From the IMG/VR virus record IMGVR_UViG_3300008452_005759: a stretch of DNA of 29,552 nucleotides. One strand, written 5' to 3'. Of the stretch, positions 15,147 through 23,768 are shown one piece after another. Within the stretch, counting starts at the first letter, position 1; every line of letters begins with the position of its first letter. Position numbers and translations under genes: made by a program. Under the pieces are notes generated by a model, which was not told the origin of the DNA, made no database searches, and saw nothing but the letters and a program-made list of their open reading frames with translations. The stretch comes from a virus.

Positions 15147-15764
15147 ATGTCATTTAATGATGAACTAAACGAAATACTAGATGGTTTTGGTGCAGATACT
15201 ACTTCTGATGATAAACCTAAGTATTCAAATAATTTATACAAGAAGTGGTTTCGCTCAAAAAGTCAGAGCGGATTCCTTTCTATTCGTCCTTGGTTTCAAG
15301 GAATGAAGTTTAATATTGACATTGGCAAAACTTCTGCTGATGGTAAACTTGAAAGTTCTACCAACTGTTTTGTTGATGCAGTAGATTTTGCTGCATATAC
15401 TAAAGCTATTGTTCATAATGTTGCTGTTCACAATTTTCCTGCAAACGAAAGATTAGGAATTTCTACTCCTGAGTCTTTTGTTTCCTATGGTGGCGGCAAT
15501 ATTAATGGTCAACCAGTTAGTAGGATCTTTAAAGCTCAATACTGGCAGTCGGGTGATAATGTTGACTCTTCTGCTTTTATTTGGAAGACTGGACATTTTA
15601 AAGCTCGCAAGTCTGATACTGGCGCTTTTATTCCAGATATGAAGTCTCCAATATCTGTTGATTCTATTAAAGTAACCAGACAAGATATTGTTACCATATC
15701 TTATCTTCTTGACCTTTCTCTTACTTCTCACGTCTCAAACAATGTTGATTGGTATGAAATCTAA
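15147..15764 (+). CDS. hypothetical protein (205 aa)
   Basis: Start ATG 15147, 5 nt after the AAA stop; contains acidic N-term and FLSIRPWFQGMKFNIDIGKTSADGKL. Confidence 0.75.
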   Translation: MSFNDELNEILDGFGADTTSDDKPKYSNNLYKKWFRSKSQSGFLSIRPWFQGMKFNIDIGKTSADGKLESSTNCFVDAVDFAAYTKAIVHNVAVHNFPANERLGISTPESFVSYGGGNINGQPVSRIFKAQYWQSGDNVDSSAFIWKTGHFKARKSDTGAFIPDMKSPISVDSIKVTRQDIVTISYLLDLSLTSHVSNNVDWYEI

Positions 15765-16165
15765 TGTCTGATGATAACAAGGAAAACCAAGAAGATCTTT
15801 TTCTATTTGGAGATGTTACTGATTTTGATCTTTTTAAAGCTCAAGTTCAAACTATCTTTATTACACTTTCCAATGAAATTGAAAAAAGATTAAAAGAAAA
15901 AGACGAGCAGATTGAAAAGATACAAGAACAATTCGCTTTGTTATTTGCTGGCTATGCAGAGCAAGCTTCTGTAATAGAGAATATTCTTGTTACCTTTTTA
16001 TCAGACGATCCAGAAAAAGAAAAAAGATTTAGAGAGAATTTATCTGAATCTAGAAAACAGTTTCTGGAAATGCTAAAAGAAGGAGCTGAAGATGTATTGG
16101 CTAGAGAAGATCCAAACCTTGCCGCAGCCGTTACCGACGTGGTTGACAAAAAGCTATCTAACTGA
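15764..16165 (+). CDS. hypothetical acidic coiled-coil protein
   Basis: TAATG junction with upstream gene; Glu/Lys-rich helical sequence. Confidence 0.65.
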   Translation: MSDDNKENQEDLFLFGDVTDFDLFKAQVQTIFITLSNEIEKRLKEKDEQIEKIQEQFALLFAGYAEQASVIENILVTFLSDDPEKEKRFRENLSESRKQFLEMLKEGAEDVLAREDPNLAAAVTDVVDKKLSN

Positions 16166-16367
16166 ACCAGTAAATAATACTTCTGTTTTATTTGTTCAAA
16201 AAGAATATCTTACATATCTATCCAATACTTATTATCTGTCTCAGATATACTCATTAGCTAAAGACATGCATTCTGATATTCTGTCTTTGCATCTGTCCTC
16301 TTTGTCTTTTTATGATCTATTAAAAGACAACAAAATCCAATTTGAATCAGTTCAGGTAAACTTATGA
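16092..16367 (+). CDS. hypothetical protein; start uncertain
   Basis: ORF with ATGA-type overlap to the downstream gene; start overlaps upstream gene by 74 nt, so an alternative (TTG near 16143) is possible. Confidence 0.5.
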   Translation: MYWLEKIQTLPQPLPTWLTKSYLTEPVNNTSVLFVQKEYLTYLSNTYYLSQIYSLAKDMHSDILSLHLSSLSFYDLLKDNKIQFESVQVNL

Positions 16368-17026
16368 CCATATTATTTAAAAGTCTTGATCATGAACAAA
16401 TCAAGTCTTATGTTATTCAATCGTTCTCTTCTTCTAATGAACGTTTTCATCCCTACAATTATTATTTAGCTCATTTGTTGGCACGGAAAAAGAACGCAGA
16501 TCTAAAACACTATGTTTCTTTAGACAGCACTTCTGTTTCTCCTTCTTCTTATTCTTTTTTATTTGATAATTTATCTCAAGAAGATAAGAACTTTGCGATT
16601 GATTATTACAATCAAACTACTTCTTCTTTTGATTCTTCTGATCTTTTATATCTTTATCATGGCTCAAGTTCAGCTATATTTTCTAATATCTTTCTAGATA
16701 TACTGCCAAGCGATTTTAATCATTTGTATTTTTATTTAATTGAAAACAACTTGCTTAAAAAAATCGGTACCAATCTTGGAAAAGCTCATATCTTTTCTTC
16801 TCAAATTGCATATCATGATTTTTCCACATTTACTAGTGCCGGATCTTTTACTTCTTATACTGAAGCAGTAGACGCTATGGTAAATGAAATGTCTGATTTG
16901 AAGAAAGATATATCACATCTTCTTTATCTTTTGGATCAAAAAGATATAGATATTCTTAATCTTGAGAATAAGATTACTGAACTTAATCACAGAAATTATA
17001 TTTCTTCTACTTTTACGTGGTCTTGA
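16364..17026 (+). CDS. hypothetical protein (220 aa)
   Basis: Long ORF, coupled. Confidence 0.7.
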   Translation: MTILFKSLDHEQIKSYVIQSFSSSNERFHPYNYYLAHLLARKKNADLKHYVSLDSTSVSPSSYSFLFDNLSQEDKNFAIDYYNQTTSSFDSSDLLYLYHGSSSAIFSNIFLDILPSDFNHLYFYLIENNLLKKIGTNLGKAHIFSSQIAYHDFSTFTSAGSFTSYTEAVDAMVNEMSDLKKDISHLLYLLDQKDIDILNLENKITELNHRNYISSTFTWS

Positions 17027-17027
17027 T

Positions 17028-17726
17028 ATGCCTCATCAACATGAACAATTGTCCATCGAAGATCTTCTTGCTTCGCTCACTGCTCTTAATCCAGATTCTG
17101 ATTTAAACAAAGTCAAATCAAAACTTTACGCTGGTAAATTAAAAATAACTAATGAGGTTCCAATGGAAAATCCTTTTGAATCAGATATTTCTGACACAGA
17201 AAGGGCTATGCTTATAATTAACAATACTGTCAGAGATATTGTTGATCTTCCTGCGTGCGTTCATTTTACCAATTCTTCTTCTCCTAATATTGGAAAAGAT
17301 TACAGATTTGCCAATATGGCACCTATGCATAATTGTTCAAATGGTAAAATGCATGCTGATCCCAACGCTGCTAATGTTTGTCCAACAATTACTAATCAAA
17401 GTTCTTGCTTTGGTTACTCAATGGACTTTTCTATACTTTCTAAGTACGATCATAATTCTATCTTTTATTATTTAATTCGCTATCGCAAAATCACTGGTTC
17501 TATTTCTTATTTAATAGCTGATTCAAACGGAAGCGTTTATCAAACTATTTCTCATGATTCTTCTTTATCATCTAAAGAAAATGATTTTGATAACGACGCA
17601 ATTAATGTATTTACTTCTTATGTTTCTGATTTAACTTTAAATTCTTCATTTGATTTAGACTTTCCTGTATCAGAAAAACAACAAGAAGAAAAACCTTCTT
17701 CCTATCTCTCTTACATTTTAGGATAG
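17028..17726 (+). CDS. hypothetical Cys/His-containing protein (232 aa)
   Basis: Start ATG 17028; APMHNCSNGKMHADPNAANVCPTITNQSSCFGY. Confidence 0.7.
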   Translation: MPHQHEQLSIEDLLASLTALNPDSDLNKVKSKLYAGKLKITNEVPMENPFESDISDTERAMLIINNTVRDIVDLPACVHFTNSSSPNIGKDYRFANMAPMHNCSNGKMHADPNAANVCPTITNQSSCFGYSMDFSILSKYDHNSIFYYLIRYRKITGSISYLIADSNGSVYQTISHDSSLSSKENDFDNDAINVFTSYVSDLTLNSSFDLDFPVSEKQQEEKPSSYLSYILG

Positions 17727-17727
17727 T

Positions 17728-18972
17728 ATGTATACTTATACTTTTTATTCTCACCCTTATCTATTCGGTTATTTTGTTCGTTCTGCTGAACCGTTTGGTA
17801 ACGAATATCATTTTCATGTTGCTGCTACTATTTCTGATACATCTTCTATTCCGCCTAATGTAACTCGTGAAAAGTTTCTTCAAGGCGACTACGATAAAAC
17901 TAATTTTAAAGATCTACTTCCTATGGCTGTTAGATCTACTTTTTCTTCTCTTGATAAAAACTACTATTTGGTTGAAAGACCACCTTTTCAATCCAAAATT
18001 GATTATTCTAAAAACCAGTCTTATTATGTTCGCAAACCTGATAAGACTATACAAGGTAAAGATATGTGGATTCCATGGACTGCTATGCTAATTAGCGTTC
18101 CAAAGGATTGTACTTATTTTAATCAAATAACTTTTAACTTGTATTTTAATGACGCTCCTATTTCTTCTGATGAAGATTTCTTAATTAATTCATTTTTTCC
18201 TAATTCTTCTAACGGTAGTGGCACTCTTTGTATAGGCTCTACTCTTTCTAATATAACTTTTGATCAACCTAATCCTTCTATTAAGGAAATAGTAAATATT
18301 ATTTATAATGATTATTTTTCTGGTGGTTGGAACTCAGACATTTCTAATCACATAAGATATAACAAAGCTATGCTCCCTGCTCTTGAGCGTTTAGAATTAA
18401 ACGATTCCAAGAATTATCAGAAGACTGATCTTCCTAGTATAAAGCATTCTCTTTTAAGATCTTCTGAAGATCATGCTACTGTTTCTACTTATAATACTAA
18501 TTATGTACAGTTTTTTTATTGTTACTCAGAAATGACATTTGAAGAAACAATGAATTATTTTAATATAATGAAACAAGCCCATATTAGCGGAGTTGCTCCT
18601 GTTCCTGTTACTTCTATTAGTTCTATGTCAGATGGTATTGATCGCAATTCTTCTTCTTTAAGAACTTCTTTATTTTCACAAGATTTGTCAAGAGATGCAA
18701 ATGTAGCTTTTGGTTGTATTGCTATTAATGATCTTATTTCTAAGAATCATATTACTGCAACTTGCAATGTTGTCATATCTGATTACGATCCTAAGACTTC
18801 TGACTTTTATTCTTATATAAGGCATCCTCAGATTATTTCAGATGTTTTTTCTCGTATAACACTTTTGCTATCCGACAGAGGCAATCCTGCATATTCTTTC
18901 CCTTACCGTTTAGACTACAGCACTAAAGATCTATTTAATAATACTGGAGATATTTATGCAGATGCCTTCTGA
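17728..18972 (+). CDS. hypothetical protein (414 aa); possible divergent E2-like paralogue
   Basis: VERPP...MWIPWTAMLISVPKDCTYFNQITFNLYFNDAPISSDEDFLINSFFPNSSNGSGTLCIG aligns by eye with blocks in 8860-10680 and 18956-20197. Confidence 0.6.
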   Translation: MYTYTFYSHPYLFGYFVRSAEPFGNEYHFHVAATISDTSSIPPNVTREKFLQGDYDKTNFKDLLPMAVRSTFSSLDKNYYLVERPPFQSKIDYSKNQSYYVRKPDKTIQGKDMWIPWTAMLISVPKDCTYFNQITFNLYFNDAPISSDEDFLINSFFPNSSNGSGTLCIGSTLSNITFDQPNPSIKEIVNIIYNDYFSGGWNSDISNHIRYNKAMLPALERLELNDSKNYQKTDLPSIKHSLLRSSEDHATVSTYNTNYVQFFYCYSEMTFEETMNYFNIMKQAHISGVAPVPVTSISSMSDGIDRNSSSLRTSLFSQDLSRDANVAFGCIAINDLISKNHITATCNVVISDYDPKTSDFYSYIRHPQIISDVFSRITLLLSDRGNPAYSFPYRLDYSTKDLFNNTGDIYADAF

Positions 18973-20197
18973 TTTGATAAGAAGCCATTTATATTCTAAA
19001 GGAATTCCTACAAACGATTATATAGTTGTTGAATCTTTTAGTCACGACTATTTTCTAAGAAGTATAAAAAATGCAATAGCTAATGAATTAGAGTATTCAC
19101 AACCATACTCTTATTTAAGCGTTGTTACAAATGGAGTTACTTCAACTTTAGAAGATGTTACTTTACAGAATTATTTTGATATATTTTCTTGTTTAGCTCC
19201 TGCAGACTATTCTACTAATCCTTCTGTTATATTTCCTGGCATTAGATATATATCAGATACTATCTTGATATTTGAACGCCCTCCTACTATGAAGCCTTAT
19301 TCTTACAGTAATGCTTATAGAGAATCTATTACTGACGAAACACGTAGCCAAGAATTTTATATACCAATTCCTTGGCAAGTTTACATATGCTCTTTTGATC
19401 CTCGCGAAATGAGATTGCTTAATGCTAAAATGCTTTTTGCAAATTCTTCTCTTTCTTCGTTTGAAGACAACGTTTATGCTCCTCCTCTTTTAAACTTTTA
19501 CTCAAACGCCAACCTCTGCAGACCTTTCTTTGAGTCTATGGACGATATAGAAAAATATCCAAAAACTTATAGTGGAATTATGGCTTCTGCTTATGATTGG
19601 ATTTGGAACTCTGGTACCAATCTTGATATTACTGAGAATATTTCTGAGTTTTTAAGACTAAAGAAATACGAACAGTTTAAGCCTTATTGTATTCAAAATC
19701 CAGATGTTTCTTCTTATTACAATTTGCTTGCATCTAGTAACATATCTTCTAATCCTACTTCTCTTCATTATAAACTTGTTAAATCTTATTTCACTTGCTT
19801 AGAGCAGGTTCCTCTTGAAGAGATTGTAAATTTTGATTGGACTAATCCTACTGTAGAAGATTTTTATTATCAAGAAAATCATAATTCTTTATCTACAATT
19901 ATTGAATCTTTTGCTGATGAACACAATTTTATTATTCACGAGCACAACTTTGATCAAGAAGAACATGACGACGATTGTCCTGAAGAGTGCATATATCGCG
20001 ATGATGTTCCTCATCTTGATGGTTATAATCAGTATTATCAAGATCGTATGAATTTTCAGCCATCGCCAAAGGATCTTCGATTCTGTGCTCTTCAATCTGT
20101 ACTTTATCTTGTGCGTCAAGGATTTTACAAATCTTTTTCTAAAGAGTCACAAATGAACAAGATTTATTCTACTGCTCTTAGTGTCATCAATAGTTAA
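18956..20197 (+). CDS. hypothetical protein (413 aa); possible divergent E2-like paralogue
   Basis: FERPP...FYIPIPWQVYICSFDPREMRLLNAKMLFANSSLSSFEDNVYAPPLLNFYSNANLCRP; tandem with the preceding gene. Confidence 0.6.
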   Translation: MQMPSDLIRSHLYSKGIPTNDYIVVESFSHDYFLRSIKNAIANELEYSQPYSYLSVVTNGVTSTLEDVTLQNYFDIFSCLAPADYSTNPSVIFPGIRYISDTILIFERPPTMKPYSYSNAYRESITDETRSQEFYIPIPWQVYICSFDPREMRLLNAKMLFANSSLSSFEDNVYAPPLLNFYSNANLCRPFFESMDDIEKYPKTYSGIMASAYDWIWNSGTNLDITENISEFLRLKKYEQFKPYCIQNPDVSSYYNLLASSNISSNPTSLHYKLVKSYFTCLEQVPLEEIVNFDWTNPTVEDFYYQENHNSLSTIIESFADEHNFIIHEHNFDQEEHDDDCPEECIYRDDVPHLDGYNQYYQDRMNFQPSPKDLRFCALQSVLYLVRQGFYKSFSKESQMNKIYSTALSVINS

Positions 20198-20206
20198 TGC
20201 TTCTCC

Positions 20207-20241
20207 TTGACATCTATATACCTTTTTGGTAATATATAGAT
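20207..20241 (+). promoter_or_regulatory. promoter with overlapping imperfect palindrome (candidate operator)
   Basis: TTGACA (20207) - 17 nt - TAATAT (20230); ATCTATATACC...GGTAATATATAGAT inverted repeat spanning the spacer and -10. Confidence 0.5.
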
Positions 20242-20271
20242 ATATAAACTTTAAAAAAGGTAAAACCTAAA

Positions 20272-20583
20272 ATGTCAAAAAGAAAATCATCACAACCTCA
20301 TTTTAATAGATCAGAGGTTGCAAAGATTCTAAATGTATCCACTCTTACCATTGCAAACAGAGAAAAGACTAAGAAGTATCCTGATCCCAAAAGAGATATG
20401 AATAACTATAGGATTTACAGTATTAATGATGTTATGAATCTTCAATTGATAACATATAATCACATTGATACAAAGCCAATAATATCTATTCTTTATGATA
20501 AAGGATACAGAGATACTAAGTATCTTGGCGAAATAATTGATGAAGCTATGTCTTCGAGAGTTGGTTCAAATGTCAGAAGATAA
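20272..20583 (+). CDS. MerR-like helix-turn-helix regulator
   Basis: FNRSEVAKILNVSTLTIANREKTKKYPDPKRDMNNYRIYSINDVMNL is the typical N-terminal MerR/excisionase-like wHTH. Confidence 0.8.
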   Translation: MSKRKSSQPHFNRSEVAKILNVSTLTIANREKTKKYPDPKRDMNNYRIYSINDVMNLQLITYNHIDTKPIISILYDKGYRDTKYLGEIIDEAMSSRVGSNVRR

Positions 20584-20803
20584 TAATTTTCAGTATAATC
20601 AACAGAATACAAATCCATTTGTTGAAGAAGTTTCAGACTATGTTTCAACTGATGTAATTACTGATCTTAAGTCAGGAATATACAATCTTTTTCTTAGTCT
20701 ACTTAACAACCTTATGGTACAATATGGCCCTATAGAAGCTGTGAAAATTTCAACAGAGTTTATAGATACAATATCAGATACATTTAAAAAAACCCTAGAA
20801 TAA
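20570..20803 (+). CDS. hypothetical protein (77 aa)
   Basis: Start ATG 20570 overlapping the upstream stop. Confidence 0.6.
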   Translation: MSEDNNFQYNQQNTNPFVEEVSDYVSTDVITDLKSGIYNLFLSLLNNLMVQYGPIEAVKISTEFIDTISDTFKKTLE

Positions 20804-20816
20804 TTGGAGAAATAAA

Positions 20817-21239
20817 ATGATAGACCCACGCAATACTGTAATTCTTACAGCTGGAATAATTTCAGATCCAGAACTTGTTGCAAATGGAAACATTGCAAAG
20901 TTCAGAATTGCTGTTGATTACGCAGGAAGCGAAAAGGGCGCTGGAGCATCCAGTGGCTACTTTGATGTAGTTTACTATCTTAAGGATGGCTCTGAGCCAG
21001 CTTCTAAGAACGCTTCATTCGTTATCTCACAGCTTCAGAACAATAAGATGAAAAAGGGCTCACAGGTTCAGCTTGTTGGCCGTCTTGTTCAGGAGCGTTG
21101 GCAGCAGGATGGCCAGAACCGTTCTAAGACAGTAGTTGTTGCAGAAGCAGTGACATATGCTGGATCTAACTTCCAGAAGTCATCTGATGCTCCAGCATCT
21201 ACTTCTCAGCCTTCCACATCTATCCCGGATGAGTTCTGA
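20817..21239 (+). CDS. ssb: single-stranded DNA-binding protein
   Basis: OB-fold-like sequence NTVILTAGIISDPELVANGNIAKFRIAVDYA...GSQVQLVGRLVQERW..., flexible S/T/P-rich linker and acidic IPDEF tail. Confidence 0.88.
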   Translation: MIDPRNTVILTAGIISDPELVANGNIAKFRIAVDYAGSEKGAGASSGYFDVVYYLKDGSEPASKNASFVISQLQNNKMKKGSQVQLVGRLVQERWQQDGQNRSKTVVVAEAVTYAGSNFQKSSDAPASTSQPSTSIPDEF

Positions 21240-21981
21240 TTTTAATCCGTCTTTAGTAGACTCTTTAATAGAAGAAGCTTTATCTTCCCCTAAGGCACCA
21301 GACCGTTCTTATGGTCATTTGGGCTTTATGGAGGGAGATATTGTTTCTTCTATTTTTTCTGCTATTCAAGATAGAGTTCCTAATGAAACTTTTCTTAAAA
21401 TAGTCAAAGAGTCTAGAGAAAACTATACTTCCTACATTGTTCCACAAAAGATAACTGATTTACATACAGTTACTCACAACTGTAGAAAGTGTAGTTTTTC
21501 TGGTATAAATCCTGCTCTTCCAAAATGGAATGTTCACAATCCAGATGTTTTGTTTATATTAGAAACTTCTAATATTGATCAGAATTCTTCTGCTCTGTTT
21601 ATTTCAGCTTTAAAAGAAGCAGGGTTTAAGTCTGAAAATGTTTGTCTTACATATCTTTTAAGATGCCCTACTAAAGACATTCAAGAACAATACATAGACA
21701 ATTGTAAATCTTATCTCCATCAAGAAATTCAAATAATGAATCCTAAACTTATTTGTCCTATTGGTGGAACAGTTTTATCATCTTTGTTTGGCACTGATGT
21801 AAAACTAAAAGAATACAAAAGTAAAGTTACTTGGCTAGGATCTTGGCCAATTTATCCACTTTATTCTTTAGCATATATTAATAAAGCCGGTGAATCAGCG
21901 TTAGCTGATTTTAAGGCAGATATGAACCAAGCGTACCAATTTTGCTATAAGAAAGTAGCTAATAATGAATCAGATAAATGA
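21229..21981 (+). CDS. uracil-DNA glycosylase superfamily (family 4/5-like) protein
   Basis: CRKCSFSGINPALPKWNVHNPDVLFILETSNID...NVCLTYLLRCP...PKLICPIGGTVLSSLFG. Starts inside the ssb stop (ATG 21229). Confidence 0.65.
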   Translation: MSSDFNPSLVDSLIEEALSSPKAPDRSYGHLGFMEGDIVSSIFSAIQDRVPNETFLKIVKESRENYTSYIVPQKITDLHTVTHNCRKCSFSGINPALPKWNVHNPDVLFILETSNIDQNSSALFISALKEAGFKSENVCLTYLLRCPTKDIQEQYIDNCKSYLHQEIQIMNPKLICPIGGTVLSSLFGTDVKLKEYKSKVTWLGSWPIYPLYSLAYINKAGESALADFKADMNQAYQFCYKKVANNESDK

Positions 21982-22339
21982 TTACATTGATGATCTTGAT
22001 TTAACTTCTGATCAAGACCTTGACTCTTTTAAACAGTTAGTTATTGCTGACATTAAGGGTTCTATTTCTGAGGAAGAAAAAATACATCTTCTTAATAATC
22101 TTGCTCTTTGGAATTACAATTTGCAGACTTTAAGAAGAGACATGGAACTTCAACTTTCTTGTCAGAAGTCCAAAATAAAAATGCAGGTAGCAAACTTTGA
22201 TCAAATGTCTGAACATGAAAAGTCTCAGACTAAATTGTTCATCAATGATCAACATAAGTGGCGTATGTCTGCATTAAAATTTCTCTCTAACATTGAGCGT
22301 AAAGCTTTATATGTCAAGATGCTATTGACAAATAGCTAG
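21965..22339 (+). CDS. hypothetical helical protein (124 aa)
   Basis: ORF overlapping the upstream stop. Confidence 0.65.
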   Translation: MNQINDYIDDLDLTSDQDLDSFKQLVIADIKGSISEEEKIHLLNNLALWNYNLQTLRRDMELQLSCQKSKIKMQVANFDQMSEHEKSQTKLFINDQHKWRMSALKFLSNIERKALYVKMLLTNS

Positions 22340-22360
22340 TTATTCTGTTATGGTATACAT

Positions 22361-22798
22361 ATGTCTGTCAATGTAGTAGAAAAACTGGCTTCTTTACAGC
22401 CAACTCTTTTTGAGGAAGAATCTTATTCTTTTTTGATATTTTACCAAAGTCTTAAACCTTGGTATTTTTATGATAGTGAATCTCTTGGTTTAGAATTTGT
22501 AAATACACAAATTAATAAGTTTTCTCTACTTGACGGACGTATACCATTTTTGAAAAATGTATCTTCTGACATGCCTGAAGATTATTGGTCATCTGTTCCT
22601 CTTGGCGTCTTTAGATATAAAATGTTATCTGATATGTCATTTGGTCTACTTAATGACTACAAGAACATTCCCGGATATATAGTCGAGGGAATGTACTGGG
22701 ATAATGGGTTTTTTTATTTGGTTAGAGACCAAGATAAAACAATTCAGTCTAAAATGTTTATCGACATTGAGACAAAACAAAGAGCCAATTATCCTTAA
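22361..22798 (+). CDS. hypothetical protein (145 aa)
   Basis: ATG 22361; TTGACA at 22325 with -10-like TATGGT at 22349. Confidence 0.65.
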   Translation: MSVNVVEKLASLQPTLFEEESYSFLIFYQSLKPWYFYDSESLGLEFVNTQINKFSLLDGRIPFLKNVSSDMPEDYWSSVPLGVFRYKMLSDMSFGLLNDYKNIPGYIVEGMYWDNGFFYLVRDQDKTIQSKMFIDIETKQRANYP

Positions 22799-22804
22799 TT
22801 ATAA

Positions 22805-22878
22805 GCCCTCGTAGCTCAGCTGGATAGAGCATCGGACTTCTAATCCGCAGGTCGTATGTTCGAATCATACCGAGGGCG
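22805..22878 (+). tRNA. tRNA-Arg (TCT)
   Basis: GCCCTCG/CGAGGGC acceptor, GCTCAGCTGGATAGAGC, anticodon loop CTTCTAA, T-arm GTATGTTCGAATCATAC. Confidence 0.95.
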
Positions 22879-22880
22879 CT

Positions 22881-23096
22881 ATGAAATATAAAATTATTGC
22901 TAAGCTAGATGAACAAAAATACAAATCTTGCAAAGAGATGGACCCAAATCTTTGGCCAAAGCTTAAAGATAAAGTATACACTTTAGGTGTATGGCCTACA
23001 AGAGATTGGGCCGAATGGTCAGCTAAGAGCCATAGAGAATATAGATTTTCTAATTTAGACATATCTACAGTAGAAATCGTTGAAATACATGAGTGA
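22881..23096 (+). CDS. hypothetical protein (71 aa)
   Basis: ATG 2 nt after the tRNA-Arg discriminator. Confidence 0.65.
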   Translation: MKYKIIAKLDEQKYKSCKEMDPNLWPKLKDKVYTLGVWPTRDWAEWSAKSHREYRFSNLDISTVEIVEIHE

Positions 23097-23109
23097 TCAG
23101 GAGCACAAG

Positions 23110-23283
23110 ATGGAAAAATATACTGCTGTTATAACTATAACTATTGATGAGTTTGAAGCTCACGATGCAGATCACGAACGTGATATCGTACAGATTTTTA
23201 TCAAGAGAATACTAGATGCTAGAATCTGTGAATCTTCTGATATTCAAGTACAAGTCGATACCTTTATCAAGGAAGATGCTTAG
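23110..23283 (+). CDS. hypothetical protein (57 aa)
   Basis: ATG 23110 preceded by AGGAG (tcaggagcacaagatgg). Confidence 0.55.
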   Translation: MEKYTAVITITIDEFEAHDADHERDIVQIFIKRILDARICESSDIQVQVDTFIKEDA

Positions 23284-23285
23284 TT

Positions 23286-23441
23286 ATGACAAATGAACCA
23301 GAGCAAAATGAAGAACTTTCAGAAGAAAAAACTTTTGCTGAACAAGTAGAAGAGTCTCTTTCTTTTATAGTTAATATGATGAATGAAGGCAAGGCTGATC
23401 CCAAAGAAGTTTATCCCTCAAATAGATACCACGGCGACTAA
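23286..23441 (+). CDS. hypothetical protein (51 aa)
   Basis: Hand translation MTNEPEQNEELSEEKTFAEQVEESLSFIVNMMNEGKADPKEVYPSNRYHGD*; not in ORF track. Confidence 0.5.
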   Translation: MTNEPEQNEELSEEKTFAEQVEESLSFIVNMMNEGKADPKEVYPSNRYHGD

Positions 23442-23442
23442 C

Positions 23443-23649
23443 ATGTTGGACATAGTTGCAGATCTTCTTAATGCTTTTCAAGATGATCAACATACGTATG
23501 ACGCAACACTTTATGCTCGCGCAGCTTTGGAAATTCAAACTCTTCGCTCTTTAGCAGAAGATATGTATGTCACCTTAATAAATGAAATTGGTCAGACTGC
23601 AGCTTCTGCAAACTACGAACAGTACGTACGAATGCAAAGTATTCCATAG
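23443..23649 (+). CDS. hypothetical protein (68 aa)
   Basis: MLDIVADLLNAFQDDQHTYDATLYARAALEIQTLRSLAEDMYVTL...; start chosen immediately after the upstream stop. Confidence 0.6.
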   Translation: MLDIVADLLNAFQDDQHTYDATLYARAALEIQTLRSLAEDMYVTLINEIGQTAASANYEQYVRMQSIP

Positions 23650-23660
23650 TTTTAATTTTT

Positions 23661-23747
23661 GGAACGGTGGCTGAGTGGCCGAAAGCAACGGTTTGCTAAA
23701 CCGTCGAACCAGCAATGGTTCCGGAGGTTCGAATCCTCCTCGTTCCG
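23661..23747 (+). tRNA. tRNA-Ser (GCT)
   Basis: GGAACGG/TCGTTCC acceptor, long variable arm GAACCAGCAATGGTTC, anticodon loop TTGCTAA. Confidence 0.94.
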
Positions 23748-23768
23748 CTCTAATATTAGAAAGTTAAC

